Shown here piece by piece: positions 47,801 through 55,786 of a stretch of 64,000 nucleotides of DNA. The DNA lies in the IMG/VR virus record IMGVR_UViG_3300021197_001233, positions 218 to 64,217 of that record; one strand, written 5' to 3'. The notes under the pieces were generated by a model. That model saw only the letters and a list, made by a program, of their open reading frames with translations. It had not been told where the DNA came from and did no database searches. This DNA is from a virus (taxonomy: Duplodnaviria; Caudoviricetes). Position numbers and translations under genes: made by a program. The stretch's first letter is position 1. Every line of letters begins with the position of its first letter.

Positions 47801-50800
47801 ATCATGCCAGACTACTCCATGGCCATGGGTACAAGGGAGGTTACAGATCCAGAGACTGGTGAGAAGACTCGCGTGCCAGCACGCCGTCGCCGCTTGAGTT
47901 CAGCTGTGGCTGCGGCTACAAGAGATGCCGAGGGGCCAATGAAAGACTTCGAGGCCAAGGTCAGGGAGAAGGTGTCCAATCAGGCCGCCAAGAATGTGTT
48001 CAAGGGTGTCGTCAATATCAACTACGGAGACGTAGGGGCGATGGAGGAGGACATCTACATGGGTAGCAAGTCAGCAGTTCAGAGACCATCCGCCACGACG
48101 GACATTGCTATGAATGCTATGGAGTCTAGAGAGGGAAGTGTCTTTGAGTCTAGGGCTGAGGATGCACCGACTCCAGGAAGACCTGACGGTCAGTTCCAGC
48201 AGAGAGATCAGACCAGATTTGGTAGATTTAAAGCCAAGTGGATTCGCAGGCTGCAGGATAAGTACAGCGACATCATGGGCTTGCAGGAGGATGTAGAGAC
48301 ATTCTTGGGCAAAGCCGTGAGAGAGGACGAGGACTTCAAGATGGCCGAGGAGCTCATGTATGGCAAGACAGCGAGCGACCTCAAGAAGCTTGATCAAAAG
48401 ATCGAAAGGCTCACAGACAACATAAAGGCCAACGGGGTCAACGTGGGTGAGCTTACCGATTACCTCTACGCTCTCCACGCCAAGGAAAGGAACGACGTCA
48501 TCTTTGAAAGAGACGGTGTTGAGAACGGCAGTGGTATGTCGAATGCAGAGGCCTCGGCAATCCTTGACGGGATCTCTGAGGGCAAGAGGGCTGCCTTAGA
48601 CAGCGCCCTGAAGATCGTAAGAGAGATTCAACAGGACACTAGAAGCACGATGGTAGAGTTTGGGCTGGAGACAGCCGAGACTGTTGATGCGTGGGAGAGC
48701 CTGTTCGAGAACTACGTACCGCTTTCGGGTATTGCTACTGACGAGTTCAGCAGTGATAAGACCGCCTACCCAACAGGCGGTGCTGGTATGCAGGTACGAG
48801 GCCCTATGACCAAGAGGGCTGCGGGTAGAAAGAGCAAGGCGGACAACCTCGTGGCTCAGATCATTGCGCAAAACTCTGCCGTAAAGATCCAGGCCAGAAA
48901 GAACGAGGCGCTTGGAACGCTTCACACCCTCATTACAAACAATCCAAACCCAGCAATCTGGGAGATCGTTGAGGACGCTAAGTTCGGAGACCCGTCTGTT
49001 GTGCCAGTGAGAATTGGTGGCAGGCAGGAGTTCATCAAGTTCACTGAGCCTCAGCACGCTGAGACGTTAAAGAACATGAACATCCCGAAGACGGTGTGGT
49101 TGGCCAAGGTGCTTTCGCCTCTCAACAACTGGCTAAGACGCTCATTTACAACGCTTAACCCCGAATTTGTAATCTCCAACTTCTCAAGGGATATCCAGTC
49201 TGCACTTTTCAATGCAGCTGCTGAGTCTGAGATTGAAGGCGGTCAGATACTTGGGGCACAGGTTATGGGCGACATGGCAAGGATGGTTGGGCCATCTATG
49301 AAGGCTTTGTTCAAAGAGACTAATCCCAACTCACTTGGCAAACTGTTTAAGGAGAATCCAATCATTGGTAAGTACTACCAGGAGTTTGTTGAGGACGGCG
49401 GGCAGACTGGATGGGGATATCAGAAGAACCTCCAGGAGATAGCTGCAGATCTAGAAAGATCCACAACAGATAAGTCTCGGGCGCAGGAAGTGCTTGGTGG
49501 TGTGAGGGAGAACACAGTAGACATGGTGGAGGGGGTCAACGATGCATTTGAGAATGCGATTAGGCTGTCGTCATATATTGCCGCAAGAGAGAACGGAATA
49601 AGCAGATCCAAGGCCGCACAGTTTGCGAAAAACATCACGGTGAACTTTAACAAGCACGGTGAGTACGGTCAAGTTGCAAACCAGCTCTACCTATTCTTCA
49701 ACGCATCGGTTCAGGGTACCTCAAGACTCGGTAGATCTCTTGTCACACTCAAGCCGCCCAAGGCTCCCGACGGGTCATCCCGTGAGTGGTATCAGAGAAT
49801 TAACACCGCACAGAAGATGGCGGCTGGACTGACTGTATTCTCAGCGATGCTTGCCCAGGTGGGTAGAGCCATGTCTGACGAGGACGAGGATGGCACCCTG
49901 TACTGGGATAAGATTCCAGACTACGTCAAAGAGAGAAACCTCGTCGTTATGTTTGACGGGAAGAACTACTTCAAGATACCGCTTCCTTATGGTTTCAACA
50001 TGTTTGCCAATCTGGGTACAGGGATGGTGGATCTTGCGGCAGGGGCTAAGTCTTGGGATGAGACGGGATGGTTCTTGGCCAACTCGTTCCTTAGCTCGTT
50101 CTCCCCGATCAGCTACGGGCAGTCAAGAGACCTTTTCACCTACGGCACCAAGGCTGTCGTGCCTACAGCACTTAAGCCAGCCATTGAGGTAGCTACGAAT
50201 GAGTCGTATTTCGGAGGTCCAGTGTATGCAGAGCAGCTGCCATTCGGCGCTCCTAAGCCAGAGTCGCAGATGTCGTTTAAATCACCTCGTGCCGTACAGG
50301 ACTTCTTTACATGGATGAACGATGCTACGGGTGGATCTGCTCAGGTACCAGGGGATGTAGATATCAACCCCGACAAGTTTTGGCACGTATTCGACTACTT
50401 TATTGGTGGCGCAGGACAATTTGTGGGCAGGACCGCATCCACAGCTAGGGACGCGGTAGTTAAAGCCACGAATGATGAGCTTGAGGTCTCGTTCAATGAT
50501 GTCCCGCTCTTGCGTAAGATTTACGGCGAGCCCTCCAAGTATTACGATATGGAGAAGTTCAAGGAGCGCGAAGTGGTGATCAAGCAGCTTATGAGAGAGG
50601 CGAAGGACCCTGATGCGAGGCGTCTTGGAGAGAACAGATACAAAGGCGTAGGAACTCTTGACAAAGCGTTGAAGGCGGTAAATAAGCGGATGAAGCTTAT
50701 CAGAAAGGCCAAGCAAAACGCCAGAAACATTAAGGACTACGCTGAAAGACAGATTAGGATTCAAGAGCTTATGGATATGGAGCGTGGCCTCATCATGAAG

Positions 50801-50839
50801 TTCAACAAAATGTACGACGATGTCAGAAAAGAAAACTAA
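41834..50839 (+). CDS. 3001-aa polyvalent ejection protein (zincin-like, ParB/Srx-like, GNAT-like, LPD38-like domains)
   Basis: RGVYDP..KTIHLNP...IEEFGH; PIIL...MIDGNHR; GGLFKSP...RGVAK...FDAY...Y..NGY.PVAR; WDKIPDYVKERN...FKIPLPYGF. Confidence 0.8.
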   Translation: MVNEFDNTDPLQLSETPQAAVPEPVQPQQPVQQQPQRELTNDDRIDFYRGKGYSDGQIVDILGASGKATREQAQGIMLAQYENQRREVLAENERLKKEQADAEKHMIERQQSLDALLKKKDSASDPSTLPGGAEVRADLGLPAAEPRDVDAEVNELVQQEGFESLKYENSRPEDYDTPDLLNMYQANGQLADLAVNMSASNAAIEALKSGDNQELREAVEAADNEAVQELFQNYITADPRSSDYGELKQELSQGLFDLYDESNRQSSLAMQQLQSINEEIGLPWNYSNDSEIDRAQAMLESMRIREDGERTTQRYQDMLFSQRMARARYDELEDMLPDWLVARSVAAGNFANNMLHVMPNQIAGLAFDQIGDRDKANEYFEKARRVSDYNQQLTTERNKRSYEFTDDELNTGIWESIVGAWNGEEDKGWGLVARKAASTFEDVFPDVAFAVATMGEGTAMKQVAKEGLKEATEESVKRQLKRKVLLGNGISASTAATFGIRSMGDTYDSVFDDPTRTLNEKMFLATSVGVAEATMQFIFRGAEAGLAKGGTALRNFASGAAEKNWKQAMRDALKGVTKRQIALGGAKQNAGEFFEEAIIEAVDQSVRIVQDKMAGRKTKGIDGNAIMDAGLAGLLGTGPLTTLQASSAMMANHKVKKTRSYVVEQLRNLDRDMMLTTDASILGGMKAKRRELEGYLNQLEGMSEAEYHKLTDNEKKQINAIHRELATTRDQIKREKNPDTKRRLEERFEGLYKRKVDIEKAAESRASMAPAPPLPDAEGNDVASNERDVDTATEQEHAAMPEEQDQEASDITEAIDEKVDGHVASHRRAVERAASDPENSTRHARTAKSMRTKAKKLLMAEGMTEAEAESEVDRRIGTAQAETETKGDRPARSVRMGLVGDTDVNADWIGDGPGQIPLPVVAQIDRMKRAFGKPLDSMGVHLQTHLDAESFSDATGTGKNTRGVYDPSTKTIHLNPNSGVKDVIEEFGHAAFRSILKSDSKFSQKVYDNILFEAGMGGGAFGRKDPKTGMIVLPKNFREDENLQQLAKENPFALAVLKTEDLYPDYDNARRREETILEALREYATNPSKFNAASRRGRGRTRVDQLKAIVNRAMTKAGFRGNFISPDSGVDFYSFAERFKLATEGVETDVTMDESDYTAQTNIENSTPRKRKNAKKKAKEKILARTGESPQDAIKRHRREQEAKRRRESAKAVDNFESTLGRPEPFESRDGGAFDYLRDTEVFYESVPPLSGGVVNQVPRKKSFKVKDYYHFRNWYNYMTRNQTDDNIRRMYYVKDGVKKMINPPKIAIDKETGKPKYISGPETWVQRQVRLNTEAIERRDQARRRAFKNSDDVEPGESLGDGSVQLESREGGAFDPETFTFGRDTYDIAEAQRLSSNNEVKTMPNENLKNLRMPFVRFNPEFVDAADLSRPIILAPYRDQGLLMIDGNHRVEKAIKEGVDLKYVQLTKDQTDKILNTGALESREGGAFDLPDGVKEATASEYADAMAKAFEAAEREGDKKFLQVSRVNEQQAQEILDGGGRLFISDDGMAGSYVQGDGYMGGLFKSPDSKQRGVAKVMQDVRDKFGGKYFDAYGTELESIYVKNGYKPVARIEFVPDYAPEGWDAPDSPLKNQPDLVFFVKGDGEVGGGKRVDDYDAGMAEAKKLLPESEGSLEARAGGAFDSLNMEEAKRKGLPTDNIESISGAQIRFFGFDRTVPTVIEDLNHRIASGIQYIFNKRVPYKEGDARLITAHRNMDMAKQEYNGLKRLAMADSKSSNPLGYIAIGFSLNGEASTTGNPDVYSYLIKKFRQKFDGDELIGKTNTAVNSITKKYKAPMINRIQQKAIEEGRNDVSSAIDIEFSDNGQPITASANITTAEQAAFVLDMLEDASAPFTFQERNFSSGRFTQRITPMKDVMDKVIDPLFKDADLGTAVAFVKVPYKIEDGQVKGFDIVEVPGDPFAGAIVVEPGFDNQFEGHRLAERQYRLEDIMPDYSMAMGTREVTDPETGEKTRVPARRRRLSSAVAAATRDAEGPMKDFEAKVREKVSNQAAKNVFKGVVNINYGDVGAMEEDIYMGSKSAVQRPSATTDIAMNAMESREGSVFESRAEDAPTPGRPDGQFQQRDQTRFGRFKAKWIRRLQDKYSDIMGLQEDVETFLGKAVREDEDFKMAEELMYGKTASDLKKLDQKIERLTDNIKANGVNVGELTDYLYALHAKERNDVIFERDGVENGSGMSNAEASAILDGISEGKRAALDSALKIVREIQQDTRSTMVEFGLETAETVDAWESLFENYVPLSGIATDEFSSDKTAYPTGGAGMQVRGPMTKRAAGRKSKADNLVAQIIAQNSAVKIQARKNEALGTLHTLITNNPNPAIWEIVEDAKFGDPSVVPVRIGGRQEFIKFTEPQHAETLKNMNIPKTVWLAKVLSPLNNWLRRSFTTLNPEFVISNFSRDIQSALFNAAAESEIEGGQILGAQVMGDMARMVGPSMKALFKETNPNSLGKLFKENPIIGKYYQEFVEDGGQTGWGYQKNLQEIAADLERSTTDKSRAQEVLGGVRENTVDMVEGVNDAFENAIRLSSYIAARENGISRSKAAQFAKNITVNFNKHGEYGQVANQLYLFFNASVQGTSRLGRSLVTLKPPKAPDGSSREWYQRINTAQKMAAGLTVFSAMLAQVGRAMSDEDEDGTLYWDKIPDYVKERNLVVMFDGKNYFKIPLPYGFNMFANLGTGMVDLAAGAKSWDETGWFLANSFLSSFSPISYGQSRDLFTYGTKAVVPTALKPAIEVATNESYFGGPVYAEQLPFGAPKPESQMSFKSPRAVQDFFTWMNDATGGSAQVPGDVDINPDKFWHVFDYFIGGAGQFVGRTASTARDAVVKATNDELEVSFNDVPLLRKIYGEPSKYYDMEKFKEREVVIKQLMREAKDPDARRLGENRYKGVGTLDKALKAVNKRMKLIRKAKQNARNIKDYAERQIRIQELMDMERGLIMKFNKMYDDVRKEN
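45512..48153 (+). repeat. five in-frame ESREGGAFD-type repeats
   Basis: Starts at 45512, 45935, 46277, 46856, 48122. Confidence 0.85.
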
Positions 50840-51260
50840 GATTAGAGATACTAAGCTCGGTGGCTGGTTGAGAGACAAGGCACCGAAGATTCTAGATACT
50901 GTGGGCGATCTACTTCCTGATAGAGGTGCGCTCGGGGTTGTGAAGAATTTACTGGATAAGGAGCCTGGTGTTGATCCTGCTGAGGCTAAGGCTATAGTGG
51001 ATGCTGAAGTGCAGTTCCAGAATAATGTAACGGAGAGGTGGAAGGCCGATATGAGCAGCGATGTAAAGCTGGCCAAGTACATCAGGCCAGTGACGCTTAT
51101 CTGCCTTATGGTTATGTTCATGGCTACAATGGTTGCAGACAGCATGGATTCATGGCCATTCAACGTGAAAGATTCGTACGTATCTTTGCTTGAAATCTTG
51201 ATGCTCACCGCTTTCGGCGCATACTTCGCAGGAAGGACGATCGAGAAGTCCAGAAAATGA
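50820..51260 (+). CDS. holin-like membrane protein
   Basis: VTERWKADMSSD..LAKYIRP plus hydrophobic helices, GAYFAGRTIEK. Confidence 0.75.
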   Translation: MSEKKTKIRDTKLGGWLRDKAPKILDTVGDLLPDRGALGVVKNLLDKEPGVDPAEAKAIVDAEVQFQNNVTERWKADMSSDVKLAKYIRPVTLICLMVMFMATMVADSMDSWPFNVKDSYVSLLEILMLTAFGAYFAGRTIEKSRK

Positions 51261-51967
51261 GGATTATATCAGACGATACAAAGTTGCCACGCCGAAAGAA
51301 GCGCAGGAATGAGGATTCAAACATGGAGCCTCAGTCCGAAAGAGAGCAGAGAGAATGGAACCTTTCGGCGGCAGCAGCCAATATGCAGAATAGATTCATT
51401 GATCCTCAGCTCGCTAAGGAGGGCTTGGTAGATCCAACCCTTATGACAGAGGCTGACCCGCAGGCTGCATCGTTTATTGAGGAAGAGCTTTTTCCTTCTG
51501 TTGGGTTTAATCCTGAGGGAGGTCAGAATGCATCTAAGTATGCATGGTCTGCTGCTACGGTAAGTGACCTCGCGTCAGCCTTTGACCCGTCATTTCAAAA
51601 AAGCGCTAGACACTCTGACTATATAAGAAGGGGATTTCAGGGTGAGGGCAACTACGAGTCGGACAAGATATCTAAAAGGACTGATTTCAAACCAGGGGAT
51701 ATCCTTTTTAAAGGCAGGGTGGATGGTCAGGGCAATCCCCTCGGGCCTCAGACCTATAAGCAGTTTAAAAAAGACGCCAAAGGTAAGGGGGAGTTTGGTC
51801 AAGAGGAAGGGTATGGATCTCACTCCGACATCATCGTGGGGTCTGGTACGGACTCGCGCGGTAAATACTACGAAGTTCAGGGCGGTAACGTGGGCGATAA
51901 GCTCAGTGTAAAACGACTCTATGCCAATGAGCTTGCAAAAAAATACGCAGGAAGACTTACTCAATAA
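51257..51967 (+). CDS. DUF2272-like (CHAP/NlpC-P60-related) cell-wall hydrolase
   Basis: AWSAATVS, HSDYI, PGDILF, SHSDIIV, GGNV. Confidence 0.7.
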   Translation: MRIISDDTKLPRRKKRRNEDSNMEPQSEREQREWNLSAAAANMQNRFIDPQLAKEGLVDPTLMTEADPQAASFIEEELFPSVGFNPEGGQNASKYAWSAATVSDLASAFDPSFQKSARHSDYIRRGFQGEGNYESDKISKRTDFKPGDILFKGRVDGQGNPLGPQTYKQFKKDAKGKGEFGQEEGYGSHSDIIVGSGTDSRGKYYEVQGGNVGDKLSVKRLYANELAKKYAGRLTQ

Positions 51968-51974
51968 TAGAGAC

Positions 51975-52184
51975 ATGATAGACAACTTGACTCATTTTGA
52001 ATTTTTAACAGTGGCAGGGGCCTTGGTAATGGGGTGGATTAAATTTCAGTCTGACTACAATAAGCTCAGCTCAAGGGTGCATGCACTAGAAGCCGACAGC
52101 GCTGAGTTTAAGGCTGACGTAAAGCAAATGATAAAGGACATCCAGGAGATCAAGGTTCTTCTGGCCAAGAATCAGATGCAATGA
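51975..52184 (+). CDS. small TM plus coiled-coil protein (lysis-associated?)
   Basis: Start MIDNLTHF; hydrophobic N-terminus then heptads. Confidence 0.6.
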   Translation: MIDNLTHFEFLTVAGALVMGWIKFQSDYNKLSSRVHALEADSAEFKADVKQMIKDIQEIKVLLAKNQMQ

Positions 52185-52462
52185 ATATAGACTCTAAGAT
52201 TGTTACAGGACTTGCTGGAACCCTTCTTTTGGGTGTCTGTGGTTGGATTCTAAACTCTACGCTGGAGATCCAAAAGGATATAGTTGAGGTAAGAATCCAA
52301 ACGGAATCTATGCGGGAGACATTATCCAAGGTGTACGAAGAAAACTGTCCGTACTGTGTACACGCTGCCCATAGTAGCTTATCACAACACCCACTGCTGG
52401 GCCCAACTATGAAGCATTCTCATAGACACGTTGGTAGCGAAATTGTAGATGTAAACGAATGA
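52181..52462 (+). CDS. small TM protein
   Basis: N-terminal TM, coiled coil, CPYCVH. Confidence 0.6.
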   Translation: MNIDSKIVTGLAGTLLLGVCGWILNSTLEIQKDIVEVRIQTESMRETLSKVYEENCPYCVHAAHSSLSQHPLLGPTMKHSHRHVGSEIVDVNE

Positions 52463-52767
52463 AGATTGACGACAATACAGATCTTGGAATCAACATTAAG
52501 TGGCTCGTACAGATTGTCGTTGGAGTTGGAGCTGCAGTTACGCTATACTTTACCCTGATGTCTGCACTGTCTCAGCTTGAGATAGAAACCATGCGCCACA
52601 ATCAAGAGATCGAACTCAACTCAGAGTTCAGGATCAAGTGGCCAAGGGGGGAAATGGGTAGTCTTCCTGATGACGCTGAGCAGAACCTTAGGTTGAATCA
52701 CCTAGAAAGAGACATAGACCAGCTTCAGGTGCTTGTCGATGAGCTGCGTCAAAAGGATTGTAAATGA
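52459..52767 (+). CDS. TM plus coiled-coil protein
   Basis: TM then NSEFRIKWPRGEMGSLPDDAEQ. Confidence 0.65.
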   Translation: MKIDDNTDLGINIKWLVQIVVGVGAAVTLYFTLMSALSQLEIETMRHNQEIELNSEFRIKWPRGEMGSLPDDAEQNLRLNHLERDIDQLQVLVDELRQKDCK

Positions 52768-52776
52768 TGCAATAAT

Positions 52777-53388
52777 ATGGCAAGAGAAAACGTATTTCCT
52801 GTATGTCAAAGCGGAGGAAGTAAGACATATATCGCTAAGGATAAGAAAGAAGGAGGTAAATATCGTTCTTCTGGGCCCATAATTTACCGAGAAACTGAAG
52901 ACCCAGATGTCGTATTTACTGAACACACCAACGGTAATTACTTAAATCAAGTTTTTTTTCTCTCAAAAAACAAGACGGAGTATTTAATTGACCACACAGA
53001 GGCCCCTGAAACAGATCTTGTTGTAGTCAATGGGCAAGAATTTGCATCCCCGATTTTCGCCTATCAGGAACTTAATAACATTAGTTATGTAGACCTATGG
53101 CTCGACATAAACAACGAACAAAAAAAAGATTTGGCGCCTATTCCTGGCTCAATTATATGCATAGGGAGAAAGAAGAACAGCGACGCTGCGTGGAGTGGCT
53201 CAACGTCTTTGTTTCTGTGGCTTTTATTTTCATACCAGGACCCCAAAAACAACGCTCCGTTTAAAGACGATACAGCGGCGCTTGCTTCAAACAAACTTGA
53301 CGGTGCGGTCATAGAGGACGGGGAGTGGGCCACATACATGTGGATTGGTACGCGCTTTGTGTTCCTCGGCTCTAACAACTGGTACTAA
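52777..53388 (+). CDS. paralog array member 1 (putative virion surface protein)
   Basis: MARENVFPVC...PGSIICI...GTRFVFLGSNNWY. Confidence 0.7.
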   Translation: MARENVFPVCQSGGSKTYIAKDKKEGGKYRSSGPIIYRETEDPDVVFTEHTNGNYLNQVFFLSKNKTEYLIDHTEAPETDLVVVNGQEFASPIFAYQELNNISYVDLWLDINNEQKKDLAPIPGSIICIGRKKNSDAAWSGSTSLFLWLLFSYQDPKNNAPFKDDTAALASNKLDGAVIEDGEWATYMWIGTRFVFLGSNNWY

Positions 53389-53411
53389 ACACAATACATT
53401 ATATTTGCATC

Positions 53412-53801
53412 ATGCCACTACCACACTACAAAAAGAATGTCTTTCCATTGTTTGTGGACGACAAAGAGCCAGTTCAGGTCATTGATTCTGATGGTACAGA
53501 CAAGGAATGGAACAAGAAGACAAGCAGAGTCCTCATTCAGCCAGACCCCGCAGGAGCTGTAAAGATCAAGCTCGGCAAGCCAGAGACTCCTGGGATCATG
53601 GTCGAGGTCGGTAAGGACGCTGGAAGTTTCTCTTGCATCGTAGTCCTTGGGGACTCTACTGATCAGTACGGACCATTCGATAACGACGCTGACTTTAGAG
53701 AGGTCGAGCTTCAGTACGCGGGGGGCACTGAAGCCTCTGTGTTCACATGCTTCTGGAACGGAGAGAACTGGGTGCCGATTGGATTGACTGCAACAACGTA
53801 A
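53412..53801 (+). CDS. paralog array member 2 (divergent, short)
   Basis: NVFPL...TPGIMVEV...WNGENWVPIG; own promoter at 53400. Confidence 0.7.
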   Translation: MPLPHYKKNVFPLFVDDKEPVQVIDSDGTDKEWNKKTSRVLIQPDPAGAVKIKLGKPETPGIMVEVGKDAGSFSCIVVLGDSTDQYGPFDNDADFREVELQYAGGTEASVFTCFWNGENWVPIGLTATT

Positions 53802-53804
53802 GTT

Positions 53805-54395
53805 GTGGCAAGGAGTCATACATATCCAGTTTCCAAAAACTCTTTCGAAAAGGTTGAGTGGGATAACAACCCGCTAGACTTACAGATTGAGAATAGACAG
53901 TATATTTCAGGGAATAGGCGTATTATAAATTATGTCACGAGCGACCCCTCTGTTATTAGAAGCGTTTCAGTGACTCTGTCAGAAGGCGAAACGTTAATAG
54001 ATCTTCCCGACACATCCTTTGACGGAGGGACTCTCCAATCGAGTTCATTCCTTACGTTGCAGCTTGGTCTAGAAGAGTCGTTTGGTACTGATTCCCTTGC
54101 AATAAATCCTCTGAAAGAAGGTAGAGATTACGGAAAATTAGAGGCAGGTCAAATAGCGTGCATAGCCGTAAAAAGGCTGGACGAAGTCTTTGACAACGAC
54201 GGTAGAATTTACAACCAGGCATTTAATCATTTGTTTGGCGGAGTTAGTGGAGATGATGGATTTGGATTTAACTACCCATTCGGCAGACTTGGTGGTTTCC
54301 ACGGATACGCTCAATATATAAACGAGGGTAAATGGGTTACGCTCATGTTCACTGGCACCCGATGGGTAGTCATGGGATCTAACAACTGGTACTAA
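53805..54395 (+). CDS. paralog array member 3
   Basis: MARSHTYPV...AGQIACI...GTRWVVMGSNNWY. Confidence 0.7.
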   Translation: MARSHTYPVSKNSFEKVEWDNNPLDLQIENRQYISGNRRIINYVTSDPSVIRSVSVTLSEGETLIDLPDTSFDGGTLQSSSFLTLQLGLEESFGTDSLAINPLKEGRDYGKLEAGQIACIAVKRLDEVFDNDGRIYNQAFNHLFGGVSGDDGFGFNYPFGRLGGFHGYAQYINEGKWVTLMFTGTRWVVMGSNNWY

Positions 54396-55072
54396 TGGCA
54401 AGAGAACACGTATATCCTGTATGCGGGAATGGTCTCAAGACGATAAGTTTTGTAGACCTAGAGATGACGTTGGACGAAAGCGATGTTAGTAGTAGTTCTT
54501 TTAATTTTTACAGAAACGAAGACCAATCCATCAGTATTCGAAAGAAAGTTTCTGATAGCAAGGTTATTAACCTTGTTATTTCTGGGGGCAAGGACGGGAT
54601 CACGGATCAGATTTTAATTGACTTAAAAGACTCAGACTTGCCATCGGGGTTTCTTGATAGTATAGACGCGGTACCTTATTCAGCGAGCAGCTTTTCGCTT
54701 GACGTTAGAAGTTACTTTATTTACTCTCTTGGTATCCGCACTGGTCCAGAATCTTTTCTCGGATACGTGCCCCTACCCTTAAAAAATCTTCCCACACCAG
54801 GCGCGATTATATGCATTGCAGCAAAGAATTTTAAGCAATCCTCGGATGATACAGATCCTGAAAGAACTAATGATCTTCATTCGGTTTATCCATACGATTT
54901 TCCTGGAACAGAAGATAAGCCACACAGCAGAGGCTTGTTTCGCGATCAGCCCCCGTACGTATACGCTGACGTTCTTAATTTAGATTCAGTTGGGCTTAAA
55001 ATAGGCCAATGGTACACCCTAATGTACACTGGCACACGCTTCGTTCTCCTAGGCTCTAACAACTGGGTTTAA
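54395..55072 (+). CDS. paralog array member 4
   Basis: MAREHVYPVC...PGAIICI...GTRFVLLGSNNWV. Confidence 0.7.
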   Translation: MAREHVYPVCGNGLKTISFVDLEMTLDESDVSSSSFNFYRNEDQSISIRKKVSDSKVINLVISGGKDGITDQILIDLKDSDLPSGFLDSIDAVPYSASSFSLDVRSYFIYSLGIRTGPESFLGYVPLPLKNLPTPGAIICIAAKNFKQSSDDTDPERTNDLHSVYPYDFPGTEDKPHSRGLFRDQPPYVYADVLNLDSVGLKIGQWYTLMYTGTRFVLLGSNNWV

Positions 55073-55275
55073 TCGCTCTGCTTCTTGATGATCCCGAACC
55101 ACTCAGGATCAATATCCTCGATCGGGTCTATGAACTTCTCGTTGCAGTGATCGTTGATCTCTTTCTGCTGCTCAGGCGTGTTCGTCACGCATACATTAGC
55201 CGCCTGGTACTTGGCGTTCTGCTCTAGAAGGGCGTCGATTTTACGCTTCAATCTCTTGTGCTTGTTAGTTTTCAT
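55069..55275 (-). CDS. hypothetical protein
   Basis: 68-aa ORF, last gene of the minus-strand module. Confidence 0.65.
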   Translation of the reverse strand: MKTNKHKRLKRKIDALLEQNAKYQAANVCVTNTPEQQKEINDHCNEKFIDPIEDIDPEWFGIIKKQSD

Positions 55276-55291
55276 GGACCGATAAAGATAG

Positions 55292-55786
55292 TCAATATCT
55301 TTGATCGTACTTCCAGACTCGGTATGACATCAACGCCTTGATATCGTGCAACTTAAGCATCGTGATGACATCCTGCCTATCTCTTCGGGTATACTTTTTA
55401 AGGTAGGCATATCTCTTGTCAGACACCTTCTCGTCAAGCACATGCTTCTCGCAAAAGAAGGCGAGCTCCTCACGGTCAACAATAGAGAACCCACCCTCCT
55501 CTGGCATATCGAATGCAATAATCGTGGCCTCCCCGTACATCCACCCTGGATCTCCGTTCACGTTCTTGAACTCCACCCATATCTCGTCGGGTAGGTTGTT
55601 GCCCTTTACGTCAACACCCCATCGCTTACCGTCTCTATTCATAGCAAGCCAGTAGTCTATGTGCTTGTGAATGTCATCCTCTTTTTTGGCATGACCTACA
55701 AGCAGGCCCTTATTTCTAGCGGCCCGTGCGAATCTAACCTCGGCCACTCTGCCCGTGGTGCTAGAGTACCGCCTACGATTGTTCAT
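55292..55786 (-). CDS. PD-(D/E)XK family nuclease
   Basis: AE..F...HIDYW...VDVK...IWVEFKNV.G..GW. Confidence 0.7.
   Translation of the reverse strand: MNNRRRYSSTTGRVAEVRFARAARNKGLLVGHAKKEDDIHKHIDYWLAMNRDGKRWGVDVKGNNLPDEIWVEFKNVNGDPGWMYGEATIIAFDMPEEGGFSIVDREELAFFCEKHVLDEKVSDKRYAYLKKYTRRDRQDVITMLKLHDIKALMSYRVWKYDQRY

Noticed and set aside
41834-50839. crAss-like virion RNA polymerase in the giant ORF
   Set aside because: No DxDxD catalytic motif or polymerase signature recognised; the domains fit a polyvalent LPD38-type protein.
50282-51208. 308-aa minus-strand ORF and many similar antisense ORFs in the track
   Set aside because: Shadows of well-supported genes on the opposite strand, with no motifs or expression signals.
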